Assembly (NCBI RefSeq): GCF_000981445.1
Contig: NC_027216.1
Location: 2,480,001 to 2,541,256, forward strand
Reading direction: 5' to 3'
Length of the DNA stretch: 61,256 nt
Source: Babesia bigemina
Lineage: Eukaryota
Shown: positions 23,101 through 34,809 of the stretch, piece after piece
How positions within the stretch are numbered: position 1 is the stretch's first letter
How the letters are laid out: every line of letters begins with the position of its first letter
The notes under the pieces: model-generated
Databases searched by the model: none
Seen by the model: only the letters and a program-made list of their open reading frames with translations
Told to the model about the DNA's origin: nothing
Made by a program: the position numbers and the translations under genes

Positions 23101-26100
23101 CTAGTTGACAGCTTTAATGAGAATATCAGGGGTCCTCTTAACAAAGGGGTAGAAAAAGTCACAGAAGAAATTGGGAAACTTTACGAAAAATTTTACCCCC
23201 AAAACGGCAGCGTATCGGAGGCGGACAGAAAGCATCTTCAAAAGATTTTTGAGCATATTAAAAAGCAAGTTTCGGTGATTAAGGGGACTGGTGAGAAGAA
23301 TCACGAAAGTGGCATTGATGGCATTGTCGCGAACGTAAGAGGTCTTTATGACGCATTTGTTGAGGGCAACGGCAAAGGGGTTGAGGCAAGAGTAGATGGA
23401 TGGCTTGGAAGTATTTTGGGGATCAATCAGAATCAACGAGGGACGCAGACTGATGGGATGAAGGCTGTGACATCGTGGATTAACGTGTATCGACAGGCAA
23501 CTAATGAGCGTGACAACGCTTTGAAAGCCGTCAAGGATCAAATAAAGGAAGCACTTGGAAATCAGATTAGAACCGGCCAGGCTAGAATATCATCCGGAGA
23601 CGTAAAGGATAACATTGTGCAAAATCTTACGAAGGTCAAAGAGGCTTGCCAAGCATTTGTTGAGGCGCTTGATGCCGAACTGACTAAGGACCGTATTGAA
23701 AAATTTGTCGCTCCGATAGTCCAGAAGATTGCTGGTTCATCCGGAGGGCGTGCGCGGTCGGGTGTAAATCCCGAACATGTCACCACCGCCGTTAAAGCCG
23801 CCCTTATTGCGCTTTGCAGTTGCGTCAGGCAAATTGCCATCGAAATCGAATCATTAGCCATCAATAAGTTTGGCAAAATCATAGACAAAATCAAGCCAAC
23901 TGTTGATGGGCTTAACGATAAGCTTGCCCAGGCGACTACACCTCCTAGCACCGGCGCAGCAAGTCACGCACCTGGCGCAGCCCTGGCCGTGGACAAGGCG
24001 ATTGACCAAGTGAGGGAGGAGGTTGGTAAGGTTGAGAGTAATTTTCAGACTCATGTCAAAAAGCCGGTTGAAGAAGCGGTCCAAGGCCTTGACGCTGCCG
24101 TTACCGAGTACGACAACAAAGCTAAACATCAAGTCATGAAAGCGGCCGAGGGGGCGATTGACGAGGCAGCTAACGTGATAAATACGGATCGAGATGGAAG
24201 TCAGATTGATTTGAAAAGTAGGATGCCGAATTTTCACAAAGCCCACACAACTATCACATCGAATATGCAACCGCAACTTGAAAAATTACTCAATGACCAC
24301 ATTGGGAGGGATGACACACGTGATGCTAAAATGGACCAAGTAAAGCTGTCGAGAGATTTTGAAAAATATGATGATCATGTACGCATCGGCTCTCTAACGG
24401 ACTACGTGTATGGACGACTCTCGCTTGCGATTGAGAAGGTCAGAGATGAAGGGCTGATGGAGATTAATGAGCTTATTGGTAGGAGAAGTGGCGTGGGACC
24501 AACAATCACAGATAAGCAAATAACTGATTCGTTCGGCGCAATAAAGAAGCAGCTTGAAGGGGTCGTCGAGTCGGTTAGTGAGAAAAGGATAGGGTATCTT
24601 GGAGTGTCAATCACAAATGGCAGTGGGTTGAAGACTCGTCTGACTGGTTTAACAAAAGCGCTCGGTGATGGAAAGTTGGATGGGGCTGAAAAGGGTCTAG
24701 GTGCAATCACAACAGCCATTGGAAATCTGCAAAGAGATACGTTTGGTCCTAAGTCCAAGACCATTGAGGAAGCAGTCAAAGTTGTTAAGAAGGAAGTTGA
24801 AGAGCTTAAGAAGAAGTTGCTGAATGGTGCAGAGCCAAAAGGTGTTAGTGATCAGTTGACAGATTTGCAGAATCAGGGGCTGGGTGATCAAGAATATGCT
24901 TGGCAGCCAAATAATAATGGTCCAAAAATCAGTGGTATAGGGAAGATCAGGAAAACCATCGAGGACCAGAATGCAAAGTTGCCGGAGTTATCGAAAGAAA
25001 TTGGCGAAGCCATGGTTATGGTAATGAAGGATATACGCGGCGTGCTTAGAGAAGTCGGGATGAGGTTAAGTCATCATATAATTCCTGATGATGACCTTTT
25101 GCGTTATTTGCGCGGATTGAAAGGTAAGATTGGAACAGAAAAAGCAGAATATAGAAATCTGCAGGATATCACAAATGAGATTAACGGCCTGTGGGCAAAG
25201 AAATTCGGCAAGTATCCGCACAAACTTCACTTAGCCACCGGTGTAATTAGAAGAGAACTAAGAAAACTTCAAAGTGACCTTAAAGGTGACAAATACAACG
25301 GCATCATCGAACCGTTGAGAGAATTGAAAGATGTTGGCTTGAATGAAAACGATTGGTATAAGAATTTAAACAATAAAGGCCATCAGAAAATTGAAAATGA
25401 GCTCAAAAGTCAACAAAGTATGTTAAGCTGGCAACCGAAACTAATCGGCTCAGGCGTGGAACAAATTGCTAATGTGCTGGAAGAGGTGCGAACTGCGTTG
25501 CAGAGTAATGACGGAGGTAGGAAAGGTGACGTGATAAACAGATTGGGAGCTCTACTAAGAGATGCATTCAATGGCTCAGAGTGGCAGAATGGTAGAGGTA
25601 AAAAATCTGCTGGTCTTGAGCAAATCCAAGATGACCTTAAATGGCAGAATACACAGTTATCTGCGGCAACCAAAAAAATTGATGACGCAACAAATACGGT
25701 CATGAGAGAAACACAGGATATGCTTAGAAAGGCAGGCCAGAAGTTAAGCGATGAACTCATGGACGATGACATCCTTGACAATTTACGGCAGCTACAGAAG
25801 AAGATTGGTCTAGATCAGAGTAACGGTGGAAGTATTCAAACATTTCAGAGAGAAATTGGTAAGCTGCAAGAAGATGCGTTTACTGAGAGCCCCCAACAAA
25901 TTGAGAAAGCCCAAAAGATAATTGAACAGGAACTTGCAAATCTTAAAGGTGAGTTGCAAAACGTTGTTACCGATCCGTTGAAGGAGTTGATGGAACAGGG
26001 GTTTGGTGGCAATGAAAATTGGAATGGCCAGAAAGTCAGGGGTTTCGATCATATTAAGCGCAATCTTCAGAGTCAACAAAGTCAGTTATCCAACCAACCC

Positions 26101-29100
26101 GGCCAAATCGACTTAGGCATGAGAGACATAACCGAAGAGCTTCAGAGTATTCGAGATGCGTTGCAGGGAACCGCTGACGGTAATCCCCAAGACAGAGGCG
26201 TGATCAAGAATTTGGAATTCATGACAAAGCAGATCGGCACTCACGACGATGCAGGCCTTAAGAAAATCAAAAGTGACATAGAGTCTCTTAAACAGAACCA
26301 TGTCCCAGTTATTACCAAACATCTTAACATCATGTCCAGTGCTATTACCAACGCATCCGGACAACTGGGCTGGAATCTGGGTCAGCTGGATAATCCGCAT
26401 ATCGATGTCAAACTCAAAGGCATACAAGATGGTCTCGACAACCTCCGACTCACAGACCTTGCCGACGCCATCAAGTTGTGTGACAACTTCCTCAGGGAAG
26501 CCTACGAGATAGAGAAGAACACCTTCCATGCCCTTTTGAAGCACGTCGACTGTGAGGTGGACGATGCCATCAAGGACCTCACCAAGGAAGCCCGTGGCCT
26601 GTACGTGGACTCGGTGAGGGAGGCGCTTGAATTGTTTGCCAAGAAGGTCAATGAGGATTTGGGAGATCTGCCAAACGATATAAACAGGGATAGGTACGTG
26701 GGCTATAAAGGGTTCATGAAGTACTTGCAAGGACCGCTGAGCTCCGATCTAACAGGTGAGGAACAGAGCGTCGCAGAATTATCATCCGCATTCCAGGAAG
26801 TGTTCGAGCAAATTGAGAAGTATGTCGCAGGGGAAATCACCAGGCTGCACGACGAGCAAAACAAGGAGAGGAATCCCTCTTTGCCACCAACCGAGGATCC
26901 ATACACGCCTAAGCTCAAAGATGTTTATGACGCGTTGACTGCGCTGCTCGCCTACCTTAGAGACAATGATGGCGATGCCGACAAACTCACCGCGCTGGTC
27001 GAGAGGCTGACCAAGGCGCTGAGTGATTTGGTACCCTCCGACTTCAAGCACCCGTCCACGCCGCTGCTGGACACTGTCTCTCGCGGACTTTCCAAATTTG
27101 CCTGTGAGTTTAACAACACGTACATCTCAGCCTACTCCGGTCAGCGGTGCAGGGAGGAGCACGCCCACAAGTACACCAAGGTGTTACTGAGCATGATACC
27201 TATGACGTACACAGCGCTTACTAATTTGATGATGAAGTGTGAGAGTGAGTGGAAAGCACTTCACATTAGTAAGTTGACAGCTGACGACAGGGACAACGCA
27301 CTTGGCAACTACCTCACCCGGTGCGGCTACAGGGTGTCAAGATCCGGGAGTGAGCAGGACGGCGAGTTGAACATGTTTATTGGCGGTGGGATTTACGAGT
27401 TGCTCACCACCCCAATTGAGAGTGTGGACATCGAGATGCTTGTTGACGGTGAGCAAGTAACTTACGATATTAACTTGGTCCACATCATATCGCTGCTCTA
27501 CAACACCCTATGCCACTACTTCCAGGTCTGCCACCTCTACGTTCCCCCTGAGCCAAGATACCCGTGCACAGTCAGGGACATGCTGTCGTGGCTCTCCGGG
27601 CTGCAGTATACACAGGTGGCAGACAAGCTGCCTGACCACTGCAAGGCGTTGCTCAACCGCCGATGCCACGATGGCGATATCCCCAACAGGGAGGATCCTG
27701 TCATGGCCAACTGCATTAGTGAGCTACCCTATACCATTGCAGCAACATGTTCACACTCCACTGCCCTGCTCACCGCCATACAGGGCAACGGCCACGGCTT
27801 CGACCTCGCCGCCTACCCATATTCGGTGGACTTCTCCAACAACCGTGCTAAGCTCCACTACCCGGCTGACCCTGACGCATTGTTCGATATGTTACGTGCG
27901 TTCGTATGCCGCCTGTGTAGAGTGCTCTATTTCCTGTACTCCCAGTGCTGCCGCAGCACCGCCCGGGTCAAGGGGTGGCGGGAGTGCACGTACGGTCGGC
28001 AAGTGCAGTCACACCATTGGCAGTGTAATATAATGAGGAGAGGCTCCACTAATACTACAAGTACTACTACCGGTACTGGTACAACCACCACTTCCACCAC
28101 CATTCACGGCTGCCCTCCCACCTCGCCGCTCCAGTCGTTCCTCTCCGACCGCTGCCACGGACTACTGCCGCATACCCTAACTGCTGCAGACGGCATCATC
28201 GAGTGTGCCAACTGCGCCGACAATCTGCCCGGTCAGCAGTGCCTCACCCCGCTCGGCTTCTGGGATATAGGCTTCGCCGCCTCCATAAGTGGCACGGGGT
28301 GGGACCTTATCAAGCGCCTCGGCGATATGTGCCGTGACGCCGACTCATGTTTGTTCGTGCTCTGTCGGACTCTGTTCCATCTGTGTCCCATTGCACCCTC
28401 ATCACTCGCCGACGTGTTTGCATTGTATGCTCAGGTGCTACGGAAGTGGGACAGTCATGACTGGCAGGAGCACCGTGGCGGCAGTTACACTGACGCCTCC
28501 GATTTCATATCGCATCTCAACACCGACGGCATCGACAGTCTCTTCCCACTGTGGAAAGAGCTCCACGGCAGCTACGAAAATACCAAGCTCACCAGTGCCA
28601 TCGCATCGCTCGTCGGCCATGACCACAAAAGCCACGATGCGCTGTCGAGCCTCTGTAACGACACCACTTGCAAGTCACCCCGTGGCTGCGCTCCCTACCT
28701 CCAACCCCTAGGACTCCATGCCCACCACACCTACCCGCAGAAGCACTTCGGGCTATACATCACGTGGATGCTGCACCTGGCGTGGCAGTTCTGGGAGTTG
28801 CTGTCTGATTTGTTGCAGGCGCTAGACAACATCGACTGCACGGCGTCCGGTTGCGCCACATGCCCCTGTCAACCTGGCACCCACGGTGGAAATGACACCT
28901 GTCACTGCCCATCCATCGTCCAGTGCGCCGGACCTCTGCCCACACTCTACCGCTACGGATTCACGTTTCGCAACGCAAGTCTCCTGGTCACCGACAACTA
29001 TGCCATTCGCTGCGGCGACCTCAACACACAACTCAAATGGGCGCTGCACTCCGACCACTTCACTGAATTGTTCCGGCAAATCGACCAACTCATGTGGCAC

Positions 29101-29337
29101 ATCCGGATGCCGTTCCTATACTGCTTCATCGTACTGTGGTCTCTCGTAGCGCTGTACATACTCCACACTTTCCTCTACTGCCTGGACGTCTTACGCATCA
29201 GGTCACATCTCCTGACCACCGAGGCCTCGCACCTCATCGATGTTAAGGCGCTACTCATCCCGAGCAGAAAAATGCTTTCACTCTACGACGCCAGTTACTT
29301 CGATGATGACCCCAACGAGCTACTCAACTTAAAATAA
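20158..29337 (+). CDS. Giant VESA-related coiled-coil protein ('extracellular matrix-binding ebh'-type Babesia family), main exon; start exon unresolved
   Basis: 9.2-kb open frame preceded by branch point GACTAAC and acceptor CTCCAG (20157), with a possible donor at 20085. Contains YDGSAIVYGNASRLCD, helical repeats, PCTVRDMLSWL, SPLQSFLSD, and a C-terminal TM plus tail. Confidence 0.85.
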   Translation: MRHCARISTLLDGLCIPFYNVVHNLERSLSFRTASEEPSACDVISRLSTIQGSAPEDSENPHKNIIHNLCASAGSLLGCRYPGTYDGSAIVYGNASRLCDAILAFLYAVFSDVYGNQPYVAGRDVLYDDVIVQLKSQLWRGHKGFRQAIHKVATGLQRYNAAVEASNKKVKEPMETVLEYVKPDGELCQGIKDLQISETSTSAEDERTVDAAVTLVERCREVARVFSKSLTAVKDAINDLNPKLKRKLENARRSFFNHVDWLSKWSKKGQKKRLDKMIQKMKSRLKQLAKAVKDRIKQEVHTVVELLKKRVREIKMKLEGITVSLEKYVNELGQCMGEAKKYIKDVKKYVNDIMQQLDGENRQAIDKAAADIDSELGKRVEELNQWIENAEAAVTVAKEKADEVHKRVDKGDKNQKIGGGLKKIEAARSQVESVSQDIQTVHGDLESWQTAAQGVLSNAAKTAGEVSKQLDPSQHGDPHPIGENLVNIETANKTISSANEQLKSQVDNLNQWITEADEIRKNAQQKAEEVYKSLTVHEQLSKKIKDIQNANKEIQNVHSGLSSVDDKLEAWKQEAANVIQGVVDRMTEVHKKLDHGDEHQPIGRGITQIKDARAKVEEVDNGLTSVNDDLQKWREAANIVLNIAVNRAKDVHKALDPTKGDANHPIGQKLNEIDTANNEIKSANEKLKTQVEALHKWIETAENIRTAAEARAKEAYDKLDVHQELSKNVKRIVDAKDRINEVHRAVETQVEELGRWKDKAEEVIGGAVEKAQYVHDRLDIGGKGTQLNRQIEGIEQANTSIQNANKTLEEHVANLGKWQTAARDVIDKADDKCDEILKRVKTDPSSKKDSIYKQSALLRDRGTKLLQAATDAKHKVESKVKDALDAVEAMDSDLKKDLFEVKKKIKEGINKVISELKVGELGEAVQKDLKQLRDRIEGLGKGLTDTNEDNPMVGSHIKILKSHKDTLGGAVNNIKTETEKKLVDSFNENIRGPLNKGVEKVTEEIGKLYEKFYPQNGSVSEADRKHLQKIFEHIKKQVSVIKGTGEKNHESGIDGIVANVRGLYDAFVEGNGKGVEARVDGWLGSILGINQNQRGTQTDGMKAVTSWINVYRQATNERDNALKAVKDQIKEALGNQIRTGQARISSGDVKDNIVQNLTKVKEACQAFVEALDAELTKDRIEKFVAPIVQKIAGSSGGRARSGVNPEHVTTAVKAALIALCSCVRQIAIEIESLAINKFGKIIDKIKPTVDGLNDKLAQATTPPSTGAASHAPGAALAVDKAIDQVREEVGKVESNFQTHVKKPVEEAVQGLDAAVTEYDNKAKHQVMKAAEGAIDEAANVINTDRDGSQIDLKSRMPNFHKAHTTITSNMQPQLEKLLNDHIGRDDTRDAKMDQVKLSRDFEKYDDHVRIGSLTDYVYGRLSLAIEKVRDEGLMEINELIGRRSGVGPTITDKQITDSFGAIKKQLEGVVESVSEKRIGYLGVSITNGSGLKTRLTGLTKALGDGKLDGAEKGLGAITTAIGNLQRDTFGPKSKTIEEAVKVVKKEVEELKKKLLNGAEPKGVSDQLTDLQNQGLGDQEYAWQPNNNGPKISGIGKIRKTIEDQNAKLPELSKEIGEAMVMVMKDIRGVLREVGMRLSHHIIPDDDLLRYLRGLKGKIGTEKAEYRNLQDITNEINGLWAKKFGKYPHKLHLATGVIRRELRKLQSDLKGDKYNGIIEPLRELKDVGLNENDWYKNLNNKGHQKIENELKSQQSMLSWQPKLIGSGVEQIANVLEEVRTALQSNDGGRKGDVINRLGALLRDAFNGSEWQNGRGKKSAGLEQIQDDLKWQNTQLSAATKKIDDATNTVMRETQDMLRKAGQKLSDELMDDDILDNLRQLQKKIGLDQSNGGSIQTFQREIGKLQEDAFTESPQQIEKAQKIIEQELANLKGELQNVVTDPLKELMEQGFGGNENWNGQKVRGFDHIKRNLQSQQSQLSNQPGQIDLGMRDITEELQSIRDALQGTADGNPQDRGVIKNLEFMTKQIGTHDDAGLKKIKSDIESLKQNHVPVITKHLNIMSSAITNASGQLGWNLGQLDNPHIDVKLKGIQDGLDNLRLTDLADAIKLCDNFLREAYEIEKNTFHALLKHVDCEVDDAIKDLTKEARGLYVDSVREALELFAKKVNEDLGDLPNDINRDRYVGYKGFMKYLQGPLSSDLTGEEQSVAELSSAFQEVFEQIEKYVAGEITRLHDEQNKERNPSLPPTEDPYTPKLKDVYDALTALLAYLRDNDGDADKLTALVERLTKALSDLVPSDFKHPSTPLLDTVSRGLSKFACEFNNTYISAYSGQRCREEHAHKYTKVLLSMIPMTYTALTNLMMKCESEWKALHISKLTADDRDNALGNYLTRCGYRVSRSGSEQDGELNMFIGGGIYELLTTPIESVDIEMLVDGEQVTYDINLVHIISLLYNTLCHYFQVCHLYVPPEPRYPCTVRDMLSWLSGLQYTQVADKLPDHCKALLNRRCHDGDIPNREDPVMANCISELPYTIAATCSHSTALLTAIQGNGHGFDLAAYPYSVDFSNNRAKLHYPADPDALFDMLRAFVCRLCRVLYFLYSQCCRSTARVKGWRECTYGRQVQSHHWQCNIMRRGSTNTTSTTTGTGTTTTSTTIHGCPPTSPLQSFLSDRCHGLLPHTLTAADGIIECANCADNLPGQQCLTPLGFWDIGFAASISGTGWDLIKRLGDMCRDADSCLFVLCRTLFHLCPIAPSSLADVFALYAQVLRKWDSHDWQEHRGGSYTDASDFISHLNTDGIDSLFPLWKELHGSYENTKLTSAIASLVGHDHKSHDALSSLCNDTTCKSPRGCAPYLQPLGLHAHHTYPQKHFGLYITWMLHLAWQFWELLSDLLQALDNIDCTASGCATCPCQPGTHGGNDTCHCPSIVQCAGPLPTLYRYGFTFRNASLLVTDNYAIRCGDLNTQLKWALHSDHFTELFRQIDQLMWHIRMPFLYCFIVLWSLVALYILHTFLYCLDVLRIRSHLLTTEASHLIDVKALLIPSRKMLSLYDASYFDDDPNELLNLK

Positions 29338-29534
29338 TAATTATCGCAGTTACGTAGTACATTGTACGCTGTGTGATTTGATGTGATTTAGTCTGTCTTG
29401 TGATGCGTTGTAGACTGGTTGTGTATGATGGTTTCGCTCACTGCCACTGTGATCTCTTGTATACCCATGACACTGACGAACAATCTGTTCAAATGTCTGA
29501 TCTAATGGCTAAGCAGATGACCTAGCAACGGACA

Positions 29535-29938
29535 TGAGTGACCTAAACGCTGACCTAGTGAGTGACCTAGCCGCTGACCTAGTGAGTGACCTAGCCGCTG
29601 ACCTAGTGAGTGACCTAGGCCCTGACCTAGTGAGTGGCTTAGCCGCTGACCTAGTGAGTGACCTAGCCGCTGACCTAGTGAGTGACCTAGCCGCTGACCT
29701 AGTGAGTGACCTAGGCCCTGACCTAGTGAGTGGCTTAGCCGCTGACCTAGTGAGTGACCTAAAAGCTGACCTAGTGAGTGACGTAGCCCGTCACCTAGTG
29801 AGTGGCCTACGCGCTGACCTAGTGAGTGACCTACGTGCTGACCTAGTGAGTGACCTACAAGATGACCTAGCGAGTGACCTACAAGATGACCTAGCGAGTG
29901 ACCTAAACAGTGACCTAGTGAGTGACCTAAAGGCTGAC
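29535..29938. repeat. 24-bp minisatellite (12-bp subperiod) GCTGACCTAGTGAGTGACCTAGCC, ~17 units
   Basis: Directly visible tandem array about 200 bp after the stop of the 20158-29337 gene. Confidence 0.95.
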
Positions 29939-30356
29939 ATATTGCCTCAACTAACGTTTAACCAAATCTCTGTCTTTACTGCTCCATCAACATCCACAAT
30001 CCTTGTTGACAACGCCCCTCTCCAGTCATGCTCCACCCTCTCACTCCAGTATGGCTGCCTTTCCTTGTCGCCTTCCCTCCTCAGGTGAGTGGTGTGTCTA
30101 TAGGATTCGTGTGATGGTTCATGGATTTTGGAAAATGGTTTAGGTGTGTCATTGTTTCAGTATGATGTGTATTGGTGTTATTCAGCGTCTCACTTCATAT
30201 CCATCTCACCCAGCACACTTACTTGTCTGCCATGCTGTGTTAAGCGGCGTCACCTTAGAGGTGTGATCACTCTAGTTTTTCCCAGTTCACATGGTACTGG
30301 AGGCTTGAAGTGGAGTTTTGTAGGAGTGGTTCAGTGGGTGATTGGAGGTGGACAAA

Positions 30357-33300
30357 ATGGCGGCACATGGAGTGAAGTTAGACACTCTGAAGGACTGTCT
30401 CCAGTTTTTGGAGTGGTTGCATAGTGACAAGGATATGCAATACGGGGTGACTCGTCGACTGGAAAGGCTGCTCGAAAAAAGGTATGAAAAAGTTAAAGAG
30501 CAGCCAATCGCAAAAGCATTGTCTCAGTTCCTCGCCCACACGTCAAATTTTTATAAGAAACTATGCCACAAGGCAGGGCAAGGCGAATATAAACCTGGTA
30601 AACCTAGAGATGCTCTCTATGCCCTCTTGCTATGTATACCAAGATTGCTCGCCGTGATGTATTTTTTGAGGTACCAAGTGGACGATAAGTTCGATAAAGT
30701 TGGCGGAGGTAAGTGGGCGGGGAATGCTCCTGGGTGGGGTGTACTTGGAAGATCGTTTGAAATTATAGGAGGTGAACTGGATAAGTACCTCCATGCTCAG
30801 TCCACAGAAAATAAATACGGTGTGATACCAGGCGGTTTCACTAAAGGCGACATTCAACGTAATAAAAGCTATGCCCAGGGTTCTCTTATGGCAGGGGACC
30901 TCGAAAAAATCTGTGAAAAACAGAATGGCCAATTGTTTCGTGACGTCTTCGTCATTTCGGTGTTGTCTAAAACTTCTGGAGCCGACACTGCGAACGTCGC
31001 AAACGCTCTTCGTTTGGTGGAAGACTTTTATGGGATATTCAGAGGAGTAACGGGTGAAAAAGACTTTACAAGTGATTTACAATCTAGGGACAATTGCATT
31101 TCTTGGCGAGCTTTAAAAGACCATTGCATCAAATCTAAAGACCCGCTTGAAAAAATTTTTAAGAAGCATCAATTCTCCTTCACTGGCTATGCGCAAAGAT
31201 ATGAATACCTCAACAAGGAAAAAATAGCTAGTAAGATGGCTAAGTGGCTTCAAAAAAATTTGGGAGACGTGAGAAGTAAATTAAAAGGAATTACTCCACA
31301 GGTGGATGCCAAAACGTTTGCCACTACGTCTCTATTTCCTTATGGATTTACATTTTATGACAGCGACTTCAAAAAGAAGAAGAATCCTTATCAGGCTTTT
31401 AAAAAGGACTGGGATACGGTAATCGGCGACCTTCAGAAGGATAACGGCGATTTGGCAAAACTTAAGGACATTTTAGATGGGAACCGCTGCGCAAATGGAC
31501 AAAAGAAAAAGGAGCCCAAGCCTAAACCTAAGGCTAAGCCTACGCCCGACGCTGGGTCCGAGCCTGCACCTGAGCCTGAGCCTGAGCCTGGGCCTAAACA
31601 TGAGGATGAGCCTGAGGATGACGATTACCTTGAGTCTGACGTTGATTCTGATGAAGATTTGATGAACGCATTATCTGACGAAGAGTCTGAAGCCACTAAA
31701 ACCGAGGCCGCTAAGCCAGTGGTCACTAAAACTGAGGCGACCAAAACTGACGATGCAGAGCCTACTGCAAACCAGGGCAAGAAAGCGGAGGGAGCACAGA
31801 ACCAGGACAAGAACGCGGAGCACTCATCTACCGCCCTTCAACAAGATGCGCATACTCAATCACCTGGTGCCCCTGGTTCCAGTAGTGGTCAGGGCACGGG
31901 TGATCAGAGATCTGCTTCTGACGCTGATCAAGGAAGTGGTCTAAAGTCACAATCAGGTGCAGGTGCCAGTAGTTCTCTACCCGCTGCTCCTGGTACTTCT
32001 CCAGGTGGTGGTGGCGGTGGAGGGGGTGGGGAGTCAGGAGAAAAGGGGGATGGTAAGGCTAAACAAGGAGCAGTAGATTGTCCGCCGAAATTCACCCCAG
32101 TTGAACTATGGCAGGGTAGCGGTAAGTACTGTATTCGTGATGTCGATTACAAGGAACAAGGAAAACGTCATAAGCAGTGGGACGAAGATTTAGAAAAAAC
32201 ACAAAGAAATGTCCAAGAACGAATACGTAAGGCTGAAGATAAACTGCGAAGGCAAAAGGAAGCCGAAGAACGTATAAAGGAAGATGAGAAACAAAGAATG
32301 GAGGAAGAGGAACGTGAAAAGGAAAAACACCGCCAACTTCAACGTGAGGCTATGCTTCCAGAGATTGATGTCTATAAACAGCAAGATGGGCGTTTATTTG
32401 ATATTGGAGAAAATGACAAATCAAATTTCCATCAATTCTTTAGAAACGATTTGAACGTCAGAGGGGAAGTCATACGGGAATCCCCCGATGTAACACTAGA
32501 AATTATGCATCCCACGGTGCCTGCCGAAACCGAAGAGGAAGAACTGCCGAATTATCCAATGCCTCAGAGTTCACAACCGCTTTCACCGCCAACAGTTGAT
32601 GGATCAGCTGTAACTTCAAATTCAGATAACTTTATTCGTCCTGATTCACCAGCTAAAGCTTTCTCTGCCATATCCATTACACCCACCGGTTTTGATGGTC
32701 AACCTGTAGTTAAACAAATACCTAAAAGGAACCACTCTGGAGCAAACAAACGGTTGAGGCAGTATCTAACCAAATATGCAGACGTCGAAACTTCCGTTAT
32801 AGAGCCGATAAAATTGACTCATAAGCCTAAGCACATCATGGTTGAAGGTCACACAACACCGAACTCCAAAGGCGTACAGAGGTCTATGCCGCCTGAGTTT
32901 TTTGCTTCCATTGGCATTCCTCAGGGACAACCATTAAAACCATCAGATACAAGAGTGTATATGCCACCCAAAACAGACATGATGGGCCAGGCTACGGCAG
33001 ACTCCAAGGGCATACAGAATTTTGCTGTTCCACAAGGCTCCGCTGCAATTGGAATTCCGATGGGATACACGATAAAAGATCCCAAGACTCCAACTAGATC
33101 AACAATTCATCTACTTCCGGCGCCAAAACTATCAACGAAACCCATCCGAATGAAACCAACAGGTATTGCTATGCCTGCACATAAGCATCCTCCCATCCTT
33201 CGACACGCCCCAATTACAACTGAAACATCTGACGATCCCTCAATGGCCAGATTTTTGAATGTCTCCGGCACCAGTCTGACAAAATCATCAAAAGCCAATG

Positions 33301-34550
33301 CCAAGGCTCCCGTGTTACAGGAGATAGATCCCCCAGTTCCACAATCAATGTTAAGCGGATCACACGTGCCAGATGCCGAATTGCCATCCTCGCCGCTTCC
33401 TAGAGACACGTTCCTCACTGAGCCACAACCAACCATGGGATTCCAGATAGAATTCCCGAAACGCACTGTACGCAATGTCGAGCCCGAAATCGGTCTTTCC
33501 ATAGAGGTAGCTCACCATGGCGATCGCACTATTAACGACATAGACCTATATGACCCTTATGCCAATACGGCCGACATCATTAAAGACGAGTTAAGACCTG
33601 CAGAGGATAAAGGCTTCTCAGGCCTTCCCCAGACTAATTTCGATCTGAACTTTGCGCCGGAACGTATCGGACTTGAGGGGTACGATGATCCCGGGATGCC
33701 ACGTGACTCTCCAAGGAAGGCAGATGAACGTGTTATTACTCCATTCGGCAGAGATGAATGTCTTAACCCCTGGTCCGTTGACCCTTCATCCACTGACACA
33801 GCCCCTGTGACTCACTCCCCTTCCCCAGCCACCGACCATCTCCCCCCGCCCCAAACCGTTCGGGAAATGCTCTGCTGGTTTGTGGGATTGAGTCAATATG
33901 GACTTATTGGAGTGGTTACGGAACATGTTTACAGCCTTCTGAGGGAACTTAACAAAGATACTTCCCATCCTACTGATGCCATCGAGGTCACCGGGGATCC
34001 CGGCCAGCTGACCGCTTCCATGGTCATCGCCAAACTGACCGAGGCGTGCCTCTACTCAGCCACCGTTATCTACAAGGTCAGGCATAACAATGACTTCAAA
34101 GCCTTTTCTACCTTCGACTTCAAAAAAGAATATAGTCAGCTTCATTATGCTGCTGACCCCGCCTGTCTCCTCTGCCAGCTGCGTGACTACGTGTACGCCT
34201 GCCACCACCAGTTGGAGTTTCTGAAGGCGCAGTGTAGTCGGGCTAAACTGAGTGGTGGTTGGCGGGATTGCCACTACGGCAGTGACATCACTGCTTCCGA
34301 GTACCCCCTCCAGGCGTTCCTGACTGACGGCTGGGACTCGGACTTCGAGACGCACCTCTTCGACCCGTGCAATCTGTGCCTAAAGAGCCGCGTCAGGATG
34401 GGATTCAGGATGGAGGATTTGCCTGAGAAGTCACAACTGGGAAGTGTCATTTCCTCTATCCTCACTCCCAGCTGCGGCGGTGAGGACCCATTGCTGAGAT
34501 TGTCCTCCTACCTCAACTGCCTCACCAAGATACAGGGCCACTGCCTCTAA
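30357..34550 (+). pseudogene. 3'-truncated paralog of the 13998-18959 VESA-related gene (no TM or tail)
   Basis: Starts MAAHGVKLDTLKDCLQFLEW. Similarity to the paralog ends at LSSYLNCLT (~34526), followed by KIQGHCL-stop; about 288 aa are missing. Confidence 0.75.
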
Positions 34551-34809
34551 CTTGGCCTATCGGAGCATTCATCGCATTCACATCATTTCTCATCACTGTG
34601 TTACAGGCTGTAATACAGGAATGAGTAGCGATTTTGTTTCGGCGTGTGACAAGCCATGGCGTCCAGCAAAACTACATCGCACTACCACCGGTTTACTACC
34701 TGATCCACGCAACCACATGTGATACTATTGTGTTTGTAATTGTACGCAAGAAGATTGATACCAGAAGTGACGATTACAGTAGGGCTATGTATTGGATAAG
34801 GCTATGAGA

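Noticed and set aside
13998..29337. Literal ribosome-binding or staphylococcal Ebh function
   Set aside because: Those labels likely reflect low-complexity or coiled-coil matches; the conserved blocks and TM-tail are VESA-like.
29534..30088. 184-aa DLVSDLAA repeat ORF
   Set aside because: Explained by a stop-free frame of a 24-bp satellite; no independent coding evidence.
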